Shown here piece by piece: positions 43,743 through 57,663 of a stretch of DNA of 64,000 nucleotides (position 1 is its first letter; every line of letters starts with the position of its first letter). The stretch comes from Setoptus koraiensis. Lineage: Eukaryota; Animalia; Arthropoda. Location: contig CM106585.1 in assembly GCA_048013815.1 (NCBI GenBank), positions 18,662,001 to 18,726,000 of the forward strand, written 5' to 3'. The notes below the pieces were generated by a model. The model made no database searches. It was given only the letters and a program-made list of their open reading frames with translations, and was not told the DNA's origin. The position numbers were made by a program, and so were the translations under genes.

Positions 43743-46700
43743 TGAAGTTTTAGAAAATCTTATCTCAGTTGGTGGGGGGCGAGGTTAGAGCATTTTAACA
43801 ATAGGCAAGTGTCAGTCAATCAAATTGAACGGCAAAATCTTTTCTTCTGTCTGAATTGATCATCTGGTATCGAGAGGGAATTAATCCGATTAAGATTAAT
43901 TGTTGGAGTGTTCTTGAGTTGTCGATCATGTGATAGTTGTAGTTGTTTGATTCATCAGTCGTATGTTTGTTTTCATAGACGTTTTCAAAATATTTCGTTA
44001 GATAGAAAGAAGAGGCGCGGATATATACAAAACACACAACTTTCGTTTGATAAATCTCTTGCTAAAGAACCAACCAGATAACACGATAACGGCTTACCAC
44101 CAATAACAAAAACAGACAGCGAACAATAATAAATCGATTACTTATTAATGTTTACCATTGCATCTTGATTCAAGATCAAGAGAGTGGCGATCAAGCTAAC
44201 CAGGGTTGCAACCAATCAACTCAATAGGTGCTTCTTCATTTTACCTGACCCTTAGATGAGCTTGTAATGGTGGTCAATCCAATCGAAAGCCGTTTGACAC
44301 AACAGCAACAAAGGCGGTGTTTGAAAAAAGAGAGAGAGAGAAGAGGAAAGAAAAGTCCCGTTTAGACTGATGTGAGATGACCCAATCACAACAATCACTT
44401 GATCCTTTGTTTGTCAGCGATACTAAGGTATCTGGTCAGTCACTTTGGACACACTTAGTATTTAACCTACTACACTTGCGATTTGTGATAAACTCATATG
44501 TATGAGTGTATGTTGGAATGTATTTTTGTCTAATGTAATATAAGAAGCATTGTTGTTGATGCAGTTATCTTTGTAGTTGTTATCTGCTCGATGGAATCAA
44601 ATTAAATTGTAATTAATATTTACGATAGGTTAATAAAAGCCCACTACTGTTATATATTGTTATTATGTAGACAATAAATGCAGTTTTAATTCTAGGTTAG
44701 TTAGTTTATATCCATTGTTGTACTTCTCTGTGGGCTCTTCTTTACACACATTTTGACAAGCTTACTCGTTTCAATGGCGGCCTCCAGGTCGATTGGTAGT
44801 ACTCGTAAAATGTCTTGTCCAACAAAGATAAAGAAATGATAATCTAGTCTTATATCTTTGGAATTCTTTGCATAGACTCTCTATATTGATTGTTGTTTGT
44901 TAATATATCAACAAAGCTAACGGTATATTATCTAACTGGCTAGTGAGCTAGCAAAAATACATAATCTTGTTACTGTAGGCATGAAACAGCGTGTCATAAT
45001 TGCCGTTACTTTAAGCGTAAGCGATTTGACTTTCGCTTTGACTTGATTATGCCGATGATCAGTACTGCCGTCATAACCTCCAACAAAGTTTTTGATTTAG
45101 CAACAATAATCAATCGATATCAATCGATGGTTGTATGCACTGTGTGTGTGTGTGTGTGTGTACAGAGAAAGAACAAGCCATGCAAAGTGAGATAATAATG
45201 ACTATGAAGTAAGGTGATTTAGCAATAATGATAATAATAATGATGATGGTTGCCAGTGAGCAACAATGGATAATAACCTCAACTCGATTAAGTGACTTCT
45301 GCGTTTCCTATCATCATCGTCAGCGTCATGGTCGTCGTCGAGTGTATCGCCAGTGTTCGTCATCTGGGCATTGGATTGGCGCAACGAAAGAGCATAATCA
45401 TTATTATTACGATTACGATTACGACTATTATTATTATTAAACAGTACAAGTAACTGCAGGCCGTTGCCTTGTCTTGTATCTTATTGTAAGAGGTCCTAAT
45501 GAGTTATGACTCCCAACTAATGGGCCTACTTGCACTGCAACGATGTAAAACACTTCCACTTGTGTTGGATTTTATCTGTCGGTTGTTGTTGTTGTTGTTG
45601 TTGTCGCTCACTACAACTACTACAAGTTTTGTTATCCAATCATAGTTGGTATGTCTTGACCAAATTGACTTTGGTCAACTTTATGCTATAATTTACTGGG
45701 CACCATAACAACACACTTGTTCTCTCTTGTCTCTTGTCGCTGTCATGAGAACTGGGACGCTATGACAATTAACACCTTAACCGAGTGAGTCTTAATTTGT
45801 GTCGTGCCCATTCGGTTCGGTGTGCACTGTCGACCGGCCAACAAAATCATATCCTGGCCAATGATGGCGAGCGCAACCTGTTGGCCATGTCTCTCTTATA
45901 AATATATATATATATGTTTATAAGAAGTGTGAGATATATATACACACACACTGTGTCAGATTCAAATTGTAATTTATATATGAGAGCGGACGCAATTGCA
46001 ACATCGAACGTCTATATATCATGGGTGACACCGATATTATTACTTTTATGATATCAGTGCAGAGGGACAGAGAGAAAGTGAAAGAGTTTTGCTCGGGTTT
46101 AAGTGGTAAGTATGACAGGTTGTTTAACATGGCCAGATATTGATAGGATGAAATGAGTTGTGCATAGCAGCCCCAAAACTTGACAAGACGTCTTTATGTG
46201 TTTGCATAAGCAGCAGCAAACACATGGATGTATTTAATTCTCGCTATTTATTGGCATTCAAACTGCCAGATAATAGCAAGCACAAAACTAGACTACTAAC
46301 GGACTAACGGAAAAATCATTGAGCTCTGTTAAGTTTCAATGATCAATGAATCAGTAAATTGCCCTACTGCCGCTGCAACCGATGCTCGTCTTCCTCCCAA
46401 GTTATCCCAACACTTCTCAATGCTTCTTAGCGCGTCTCAATTCCTCTCAATAGCTCCACGGACTCTAGTCTGAACAGCAGTGAGTTTGTGTTTGTTCAAA
46501 CAAAAGACTCATTTGCATAAACGTAACGAAATTTGCACACACACACACACTCAGAGAGAAGCCAGGGCAATTTGTTTGATGATCTAATTCACAATCAACT
46601 ACTACCTGTGCGCAATGGAACAGAGAGAGAGAGAGAGAGAGAGAGATAGGAAGGCCAGCGCTGGCTTGTATCATGCTTGCAAAGAGCCATTTGATTAACT

Positions 46701-48779
46701 GCCTTCAGGCCAGGTGAGATGCAAGTTGCAAGCGAACACAACATGTAGACGTATTATGTGTGACTTCTCATATTGTTGTTGCGTAATATAAACATGTTTT
46801 TCTTTTTCTTATGCGTTGCGATAGAGCGTTAATGTCGCCGACAGACAGAGTGGGGGCTCCATTCAATTGATTCTCTCTCCCCCTAGCGGGCAACAGGTTG
46901 AATGTCATGGGGATAAAACGAGAGCTTGATCAGCGTTTGTTTGTATCGTGGACTGGTCGTGATATACTGGCGATTTGGTTTGCATAACTATTACTTTGTG
47001 TTTGTTTTCGTCTTCTTTTCGTTTAAGCGCTCACTTTTCATTATCAATTCCATAACTACCGATACGTGCCAAGACGGTTAACACGATCATTCATTAGCGT
47101 GAGGTCTTGCAGTAACAGTGATAGTAACAGTAAATCACACAAACACGCTCTTGTTTGATATCTCTCTTGTCTGATTGGCTGGCAAGTGTGTGTACGTCGA
47201 GTGTTTCGTCGTGAAGCAACACCGGATGACTGGCGGTAATTTATAATTTGCTGCCAGTGCCAGTGGTGATGATTAACGATGAATGTTTAGCAAGACCCGA
47301 GTCAATTGAGTTGCCGGCCGCCGATTGATTAAACAGCCATTACATCATGCTATACACTAACTACAAACAAGTTGCAAGTAGATCAATAAATTGTGGCTCG
47401 CATTCAACTAACTCATGAGACGGAGTTTGTATCAATAAGCGGCCATATCATCTTCATAAACTGGGCACAATCAGCAAACATGACAGCGAGTTGAATAATT
47501 TGCCCATTGAGACTTTCGGACTATCAGACAGCGAGAGCAAAACGGTCATAGACAGGTAGTCATCAGAGGTTGGTTGTCAGAGATATGAGACGCGGAACAA
47601 GGTTGCACATTGTACACACACACACGTTGTGAATGTCAACCAGCGGCTCGTTATCTCATTTACAAGTTGCGTCTCATCTTTTAGTTTAGGTGATTGATCT
47701 TGGCCAATGTCAGGTATTGCGCTAGATAATATTAAAGATTATTATGGCTCCAGTAAGAAATTGTGATCAATCAATTATTGTCCGGCCGACGATGATTAGC
47801 CATTTACATAGCAGCCAACAAACTGGCCGGCCGGCAGCAAACTGAGCGTAAAAGCAAACTGAATGTAAACTAATCGTTTGGTCGCCCGGCCGGCCAGCTA
47901 ACCGGCCATTAGTGAGCGTTAGTTGGCCGGCGAGCTAACGAGCTCGCAAACAGAGAGCCCATTATGCCCAGGCCATATTACGAGAGACGGCCTAAGACAA
48001 CGACGGCGCGAGACGGCCTGAGACGACGACGACGCGAGCCAATTGCTAGGTAATAATACGTAAGAGCGAGATAAATCAATTCCACATTATCGCGTATGAA
48101 TTGCAAATAAGCACGCCACTGCTGGCCAATAATGCGGAGTAATGTAGCGAGATCCAGATTGCGGATACACATGGCTGCCGCATGATAATATTTGTGTTTA
48201 TTTTGTTAAGTGTCCGATGTTGGCGTCCCAAGTTGGCGTCCCAAGTTGGGCGGCCCACAGTTGAAAGTTGATGCGCTTACATAAGTATTATTTATTTGAT
48301 TGCGATCGGGCGAAAGTGTTGCCATTGCTGACGATTGGCGCATTGCCTTGCATTAATTTGCACTGTCGCTGGGATCGCTTTATTATTGTTATTGTTGCGA
48401 ACTGGCGCCAATGGGCAGCAATATTTGCCAGCAGCTCGGCAGCCAGAAATTTGCAGAATCGGCTTGCTGGCCGGTTAGCGCGTAACCCACACAAATTGCG
48501 AGCCACAATTATCGCAAGTTGCATTCGAGTCACAATGGCAGCTCGGGCCGCCGTTTACGACCGCTGCGAACCTTGAACTTGCAGCTTGTTTCCACATGGT
48601 GATGTATCACCCGTTTGGCAATCAATTTAATTGAATTACGACACAAGCCGCTACCGTGCCGCCGATCGGGATGATCGAGATGATTTAGATTGATCTGAGG
48701 ACACTTTAGTGCGCGCGGTCCATTGGCAAAATTAATCAGCGACCGGTACGTGGCGCCAAATCGGACACCTACGACTTGT

Positions 48780-48821
48780 TGGCTTCTTTCTGCACGGTTG
48801 GCACCGTGCAGAAAGAAGCCA
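48780..48821. repeat. Perfect 19-bp hairpin with 4-nt loop
   Basis: TGGCTTCTTTCTGCACGGT-TGGC-ACCGTGCAGAAAGAAGCCA. Confidence 0.9.
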
Positions 48822-49248
48822 GATCGACGGGCGCAACAGGGACGAGGGGCAACTCATTAACGAGCCTGTCTCGCTCTCATATAATATGAGTCATATTCAC
48901 AAAATGGCGTGTCTTTATTTTTGCCCATGATTAAGATCTAAAGGTGCCACGTTTGCGGCCTTTGTCATTGGGCCGGCCGCTTGTGAAACAGGTTGGCATC
49001 GATCATCGTGATCAGATGCTAATAAAAGCTAAATAAAAGTGCTCACTGATGGGCGCGCTAACAAGCTAACAAGCTAACAAGGTTCTTTGTATAATTGTAA
49101 TGGGCAATTTGGCTGACTTGTCGCTGTTATTTGGCGCATGTAAGATGCAATGATAAATAACAATAAATCAAATAATAATAATATATTTTTATTCGATTTG
49201 CCCGTCGCTGAGATTGGTTCACCTGATACGCGCGTCGCTGGCTCGCGA

Positions 49249-49300
49249 TTCGCCATTCAGTCGCAATTCGGTCGCTTGCGAATTGCGACTGAATGGCGAA
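49249..49300. repeat. Perfect 22-bp hairpin with 8-nt loop and imperfect lower stem
   Basis: TTCGCCATTCAGTCGCAATTCG-GTCGCTTG-CGAATTGCGACTGAATGGCGAA. Flanking CGTCGC/GCGACG extends the stem. Confidence 0.9.
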
Positions 49301-50249
49301 CGGCGGCTTGCGACGACGAGAACCACGACAATTGAATGATGAATGAGATGTGCTGCCATCACGAACTGACTGATTGCCAGCGATTGCATTCGGCGTACAG
49401 TAGTTATTTGATTGCAATATGTACATAATGGTAGCGATAATTCAAACACACTAATTGAATAGATGCATGCGAGCGGAGGCGCACCAACGGCCCGATATTT
49501 AACCGACTGATTGATAATAGATATCGGCCCGTGATTTGTGTTGTCTGGCCTGTTGCGTTGCTGTGCTGTGTCTGATCTAATCATTTCGTTGATCATTGAT
49601 ACTTATCGCTGCGAATAGGGCTGCCGAACGCGAACGGCAATTCGTTTTCGTTTTCATTTTCATTGCTGTTCCATTCATCGCCGTTGCGATTGGCATTCGT
49701 CGCCGTTGCGAGCCGCCTTTCCATTTGGCGTGTCGCTGGCTCGCAAACGTTGCAACTCGCAACAACAAGCCATATCAGCCATATTGTTTTCAAATGTAAC
49801 CGCACGAGCACGGCAACTGTGTACGCGAGCGTACGAATGGAATAAATAATTCAAAACTAATTGCACTAATTATTATCATTTGCATATGCGAGCGCGCGCG
49901 CGCGCCGATTGTTATCGATTATCATGCTTCCAAGTTTGTTGTTGTTGTAACTGGTGAGTCAGGTTTCGTGTAATGAAGCTTATTAGCGGCAGGGCGATGA
50001 TAATATTAAACGAAAGTAGGCGCGCATTGTTTGTGCCTGTCAGTTCCGTCTGGCCGTAACGAGTAGCTGCTACGGCGATATTTGCAGTTGGCGAGAGATT
50101 ATCGCAATGTCACTCGCATGCAACAGCAACAATGACACACACGCCAATGACTGTCATTGAATGACACCGCCGAGACCTTGGAGCGGGATTTCGGGCTCGG
50201 GCCATTGTGCGCTGCCGACTGCCGACTGTCGACCGCCGACTGGAGGCGC

Positions 50250-50269
50250 TCGCGAGTCGCGACTCGCGA
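50250..50269. repeat. Perfect 20-bp loopless palindrome
   Basis: TCGCGAGTCG|CGACTCGCGA. Confidence 0.9.
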
Positions 50270-50733
50270 CGGACGGAAATCAATTTGTTGTGGTCGCTGT
50301 CGCCGCTCAACACTGTTCAACAGAGTCTGCTCGACAGTCCGCTCGCCAGAGTCTGTTCAGCAGTCCGCTCGACGGTCGGCCCGACAGTCCGCTCGGCAGA
50401 GTCCGTTGTCCCCAAGAGCGCAGTTGCACAGAATTAGCCAGTGCCAATCAATCGGTTCTCGCCAATTAGTGAGCGTAATGGCAACACTGAGCCCGCTAAA
50501 GAGCAGACCTTTCGCCCGGTGTTCACCTGTTGTGTTTGTGCGCCCGCCAGACAGCAAGACGTGAGCAGATAAAGCGACAGAGAGAGCGAGCGAGAGAGCG
50601 AGAGTGTGAGAGAGCGAGAACGTGAGAAGGATAAAAGAAGGACCCTGACTAATGCGAAAGTTTGCTCACGGCCGACTATCACGCAACGCGGCGAGCCCGC
50701 CAGGCAACGTTTGCATCTGTTTGCCGAGCCGCT

Positions 50734-50821
50734 CGGCCGGGCAGCACAGCGGCCGGGCGACGGAGCGGCCGGGCAACGGAGCGGCCGGGCAACGGAGCGG
50801 CCGGGCGACAGAGCGGCTGGG
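50734..50821. repeat. GC-rich 16-bp minisatellite x5.5 (CGGCCGGGCRACRGAG)
   Basis: Units start at 50734, 50750, 50766, 50782, 50798 and 50814. Confidence 0.9.
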
Positions 50822-51287
50822 AGTGCCGACACTGGCGGCGCTGACGCCGGCAGCCGCAACCGGTGTAAATAAAGCAACAACAACAACAGCAACTCTCGCC
50901 CATTGTCTATCCGTCTAATGGCACCGAGTGCATGCGTCTCGCCAGGGCCGGACAGGGGCTCGACCGGCCGTGTGCTGTTGGCGTTGCTGTTGTTGTTGCC
51001 GCTGTTGCGGTTGGCGTCGTTGGCAGCGCACACATCTTAACAGGGCTTAATTTAATTCATTAATTTAATGAGCATCATTATAACAACGAGCAACAAATGA
51101 GAGAGTCGCCGTTGTTGTATAATTGATTTGTGCCATTATTATCGCTGATGACCCTTCGTGTCGGCGAGAGCTCGCTTGTTAAGACGAGCCTGTGGCCTGT
51201 GCGCTGACCACAACAGCCACCGCTACCACCGCTTGTCACAAGCTTGTGTGTGTGTGTCGACTCGACACTGTCGACTCGCACAGGTAG

Positions 51288-51288
<1 letters not shown>

Positions 51289-51340
<52 letters not shown>
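51289..51340. repeat. (CA)26 microsatellite
   Basis: Uninterrupted CA run. Confidence 0.95.
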
Positions 51341-51343
<3 letters not shown>

Positions 51344-54300
51344 GCACAAAGACACACAAGCTCGGGATTAGCGCTGCCCAACGCTGCTCAAGTGTACAGG
51401 TGAACAAGGTGCTCGATGATAAATAGACACAAACGGGGCTGACATTGGACATTGCGCAACAAAGGCGCCAATGACACATGACAAGAGACAACGACGACAA
51501 CAGGTTGTCAGCTCTCGAGATTACTACTGCCATATTACTACCATCATGGTAGTACCATGTGTGCCTGTGCCGGCCAGTCAGCCGGGGGAGCCGCTTTGTT
51601 CGCGGCTGTGGCCTCTATAAATCACTCAATACTCACTCGACACACAATTTGTGTGCGCGACACAAAGGCCCGCGGAGGTGCCAAAAAGCTGAGCTGAGAT
51701 TTTTAGCGCTTCCAGTTGAGCTGTTGGCCGGCCGGCCGGCTGCTGTGTTGCAACTCGGTTGACATTGTCAACTTGACAACCGCCAGCCAGCCAGCCGCAC
51801 AGAGAGAGAGAGAGAGTCTTGGGCAACCAGAGTGTGACCTGGAGTATGATGGCGTCGTCATTTATCAAACGGCCAACACTGTTTGGCTAAGTTGCCTATG
51901 CTAACCATGTTAATAGCCCCCATGAAGAGTAATGAGCGAGCGAGCAACAACAATACCAACAACAACACCAACAACAACAACGACAACAGCAACAGCAGCA
52001 ACAACGTCAACGGATTACGCCCGTTGAGTGGCGCGTCGTCCACCTAACGGAACCCGACGCGAAGTCGGGCCGCTCGACAGCGCCAACCCATGCCGTTGCC
52101 AGCCCGCCGACTGCCCGCCGACTGCCGGCGATGTGTGTCGTCCGTCTGGCGCTCGCTGGCACAGGTGACCCAAGTCCGCAGAAGTGGGCATGGGTCAGCC
52201 GCCGCCCGGCACACACACACACACAAGGCCCTGTGTGGCTCGAGACCATGATTTATTAATTAGCCCAGATAATGATCTGTCTATATCTGACGACGACTGG
52301 CTTCACTTTACATTTCGCATGCTATGAGACTCATGAGTGCAAGTGTTTTGCGGGCTGTTGCCGATTAGTCGACAGCTCGGCACAGGCCCACATTTGCCGC
52401 CGCTGACGCTAACTGTTAGCGGCTAACTGTTAGCGGCTAACAACCAAAGCCAACAAAAACAAACAAACACGCCATTATACGTCTCGCGAGACTCGCTTTG
52501 TCCCGTTGGCCAGCGTCTAGCGAGTGCCAGTCAATTGCTTGGGCATGTCCGACGCCGCACGGCCAAACACTAACTGGCCATCAACGCAGAGCGGACCTTT
52601 AATAAGCGCACCAACGGACGCAGTATAACGGTATCGCTGTTAGTTATTGCGGCCATTTGACGGATCAATCAACAAGTGGCAAAGAGCGCACTCGAGGCTC
52701 ATGAAAATCCAATTTGTGTGTGTGTGTGTGATAAAATCATCATTGGCAACCTTTAATTCACACTCATCACTGTTTATCTCTCTCTCTCTCTCTCTGTCTT
52801 TCGCTGAGTTTATAACATTCACGAAATTGAGTCGTCGTTGGCGCCGATCGATGCAACCAGCGCCATGGCCGCCGATCCGGCGGTCTCAATTTCAATGGCT
52901 TCGAGCCATCGGCCGGCCGATGATTTGGCCGCCCGGCCGATGATTTGGCCGCCCGACTCGCAGTTGGCGACCGTTGCAACCGCTGACCGGCTTGACTCAG
53001 TCAAGTTGACTGAGCCCACTGAGCGGACCGGGCCGACTGAGCTCGCTGCTGGCCGGCAGTGACGATCAACGACGGGCCAAACAAACACTCTCAAGTGATA
53101 GTGGCAACAATACGGAACTGGAGAAATTATTGCCGCGCCGCTGACGACGCTGGCGAAACAATGAAGCAATTAATAATTGCCATTATTATTCGTGTCATTA
53201 TTCATGCAGACCAGCGATGAATGAATGATGGTTCATTACTCGTCGTCACTATCAATTAAATTCATTTGTCTCCTCTCTCTCTTCATGCTGTTGCGCGCTC
53301 ATCACTTGGCAATCATACAGAAAAATAGTCAATTGACGGTAGCAATTTGACGATGGCATGGGCTGGCGCTGGCTGCAATGGCTGAATAGTTTTCGCTCCG
53401 TCGGCTTGTCGAAGCCGAAACAACGACAACTAAGCACAGCCGAGCCACACCGATGGCCTTTGGCAGTCGGCTGCTGACGGCACCCCGTGCTCGCCAATGT
53501 CCAGTTGCTGCTGCTGCTGCTGATGTTGCTGTTGTTTGGCCGGCTCTCTGTCTAGCTGGCAATTGTCAGTCTATAATAGTGGTAGTAATAATAATAATAA
53601 TAATCATCATGATAATAAGATTGTACAATAGAGCAATTATTCATTATTCGACTCATTTTGGAATTACTCAATTGCCCAAGTTTGTTGTTTTTCTCTCTCT
53701 CTCTCTCTCTCGCACTGGCACTGGCTTAATGCTGACACTGTCAGCTCAAATAGACTTTTAGTCACGGTTCCTCTCCTATGGGCGCCATGAAATACAGTGC
53801 GGGCTCACAGCCAATGCCAATTTGCCCAATATCAACGTAAAGATCTTGTGTGATGTGGCAAATTGTGCAACAAGGGACTTAATTGAAATATTACAATCAT
53901 TCGGCCGCATCACGTATAATATCATCGCCTCCAATTGATCTATTCAAGTTCACAAGCCAGCCAGCATAAGCGATTGCCAGTGATTGAAAAGAAAAACACA
54001 CACACACTCACAAACGGGCTGGTATTATCTCACTTCCAGTGCCTTAAGCTAAAAATGGAATAATATCATCATCATGATAACAGTAGTTGAGATGGCCACA
54101 GGTGAGCTCAGTCAGTTTGTCGGCTCAGCTCGTTCACTCTCTCGCTTGTTCGAGCCTAATCACCACCGAGTGCCTAGCTGAGTGGCTGCAACACAAATTT
54201 GAATGCATGTTCTCATTATTACCATTATTATTATTACTATTACTATTGCTATTACCGTTATTACTATTATTATTATTATTATTGGCAATTAGCATCAATA

Positions 54301-57300
54301 GATTGCTCTCTTACCACTGCCATTGCCATAACCTGCTATTACCTAAGCCACTAAAAAGCCCTAGTCATGAATGTGCCCAGCCCAGTCAACCCAATCAGAA
54401 CCTATCCACTTGTAACTAGATTGCTCTCTTTAGAATCGTGATCCCAACAGTCGGAGAGTGAACGAGATCGCTTCCTATTCCTCATTCATTACAATCTGGT
54501 TCGTCGTCGTCGATACTTGTTCATGGTCGCCACTACGCACGATGCACATGGCCACCACCGCTCGTTGTTGCTGGTTGCACTAACAGCGCTGACCTCATGG
54601 CAATTACCAATCGAGTCATTCTGTCCACTTTTTCTCTCTCTCTCTCTTTCTCTATCCACTTTCTCTAGTTGGCAATCAATTAACATTTCAATTAATTCAT
54701 TTCCATCACATTTCTGACGACAACAATGTCGCCTCTTGCAAATTGGCGAGTCGCGCGACAGATGCGATCGTGTTTGCGATAACGGCGTAATATTATACTG
54801 TTTTACGTATGCATAACCTGAGCATTACATAATGCATACGGTATAAATATACTATGTATACTGTATATTATGTAGTGCGCAAGCAACTGGCCCGGCCGGC
54901 GTTCGTGCTCACCTGGTGAGTGTCTCGAATCGTTCGAGACGAATGAGGGCTTGATATAATATTATTATTATAGCGATATTAGGCTTTATGCAAGTAATAT
55001 CGGTGATACTGGTGATAATATCAACAGTGTTCACCGACTTGATAATATCGACTTGATAGTAAATCAGGTTGATATTGAAACAGGCCCTTGTGATGCAACT
55101 CCTCGAGATGGCGCCACGGCTGCGTGCCTCCAACGAGCTCGTTCGTTTGTGTGTGTGAGCCTTCAATTGGCAACTGAACACATTGTATGCCTTTGCTTGT
55201 TGTGACCGTGCGCATGCGCCACGCAATTCAAATTGAATTCACCTCTGCTGCTGCTGCTTTCGTTTAACTGGAGAGCGAGCAAAGAAACGAACGCACAAGG
55301 CCTGAGCGTTGTTTGTGTGTGACAGACAGTAACTGGAAAAGGGCAACTGTCGCTGTGTGTATGTCGCGCGCGCGGTGCTGCTATCGTGAAATAAGTTGGC
55401 TCATTTCGGTTTTGGCGTCCGTTGCGTTACTATCAGCTCATCAAAGTCACACACTCACTCACTTGCCAGTACAGTGCTCGTGCATCTATCTCGCGGTCTG
55501 TCTATATGAGCTTACGTGTATGTCCAGTAGGTGTGCTAGTGCAACCGACAAAGTGTACACCAGTGTGAAAAATAAACATTGTTCCATTAGTGAAAGCTAG
55601 CCAACAAAGAAACAAAGCAAGAAAATACAGCCCGTCGCATTCGATTGTCGCCGGTCGAATATTTTGTGTCATTGTTCACGCGCACGTCTCTCCTCGTCCA
55701 GTTCACATCCGCTTCCCGGCGCGTCGGCCTCACAATTCGCACAATTCGCACAATTAACACAATTGAGGAGCGAATCATCGCGGCGACAATTATTTTATTC
55801 ATTATCACTAATTAGTATCGCCGATTATCATTATTATTTTAGCATTGGCATTGATGCCGCAACAACAGCCAGTATTTTTATTGCACCATTATTATAATTA
55901 GTATTATTGTCATCGCTATCGCCGCGCGACGCACTCAACAAGCTACAGCGAGACACAGCAAACGATATTCGGCCAACGAGACGCAGAGATACAGTCGGCG
56001 AGAGCGAAACCGGCGCCCCGTGAGAACGGACCACAATTAGAGACAATTTATCAATCAGTGTGCAGGATCAACGCAACGTCAACTCATGCCAATGGTGCCA
56101 CTGACAACAACAGCACGACGAGCAAACAACCGGCGAGCAAACAACCGGCGAGCAAACAACGATTTTTAATAATAGTGGATGGGCAAATAGGCAGATATTA
56201 ATTCAAGCTCACACTCGCTGGCAAGCCAACAGTCGGCCAAATAGTCGTTGATCGGGGCAGCATCGCTTGGCATCGGATTGCACCAAACGCACACACACAG
56301 CTAGCCAGAGATATCTTTCCGCAGCCAGATAATAGTAATAATAACTCGCATATAGCATACACGATACTTTCGGCCACTATACTCTACTACACCATTTACA
56401 AGCAGCGATAATCATAATATTGTTGTTGTTGTTGTTGTTATTACAATTAAACTACCACGCTAACAATAATATCACCGCGGGGCTTATCAGCTCATCATCG
56501 TCGACGCGCCTGCAACCATTGTCACATAGCAGCAGCAGCAGCATTGTCACACTAGCGACAGGATACTGCCACATTGGAGAGACATGGAGAAATGGTCTAA
56601 ATTAAACGATTCATGATAACGCCAGCCAATAGCTGACACACACACACACACACACATTTATATACAAGTATATATCGCCATTGCTCTATTATTGTTGTAT
56701 TAGGACTATTATTGTTATTTGTAAGACTCATTAACAGCATCACATCAACACTTATACCAACCAACGCCAATGCATCACCGAACAGCATCTATATCAAAAT
56801 AACAACAGCCATTAATACACCCGTCATCTATCACTACAATTGTCGTCTAGCCAGCCAAGCTAGCTTGCCCTGCTGTCATAAGTCATCCTACTGTTACTGT
56901 GCCCATGTCTTCAATTTTCGCTAGTGGTGCGCCCATTATTATCGTCACACATACACCAGCTATATAGTTATAGTTTATATACAAACTATGCAATTTGACA
57001 AACTCATCACGAATATCATTTTTCTCTCAACTCACCACGCTCATACTCGTCGTCTCAATCATCATTGGAGCCTCTCAAGCTAGACAACCTTGTCGAGATA
57101 TTCCGAAGCATTGAGGCCAATTCCTTCAGCTTCCTATTTGCCATTATCATAAATTTTTGCACTTGTCCGCATATATACCCACCCAGACATACAGCTCATC
57201 ATTTGAAAGATTTAAGACGAACTAAAACAAGACAATTCAACTATCGCAAAGTATACGCACAAATGTATACACAGTTAGCAAGTTCATCATGAAACTTAAC

Positions 57301-57663
57301 ATCGTCGTCGTCTGCACACCAACAATCATGAGATGATGAACAACAATTCAAAAGAAAAGTGTAACTAACTGACTTTCTCAAAACTAATATCTTATATCAT
57401 TTAGCCTATGTGGAAATATGCTATTGTCGCGTCTAGTTGAATGAATAGACCACCACTCAGATATACAACTAAAACACATATCTATTGCCTTGTACAAACA
57501 TAGTTTAAGGAAGAACACAGATATAAATAGATAATCAAGAATAATAGCAACAACAGCAGTAATAACAATAATAATAATAGTGATAGTTAATCGCCAACAA
57601 CAATCATAACAATAACAATTGAGGAAGAAAGTCTACACGAAAGAAGGGAGAGACATAGATACT

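Noticed and set aside
55210-55219. GCGCATGCGC NRF-1/Erect-wing-like site
   Set aside because: It is a single 10-bp match in CpG-rich DNA with no known TSS nearby, which is not enough to call.
44000-57600. Numerous 60-200 aa ORFs in the ORF track
   Set aside because: They are microsatellite- or GC-driven, have no recognisable domains and overlap on both strands.
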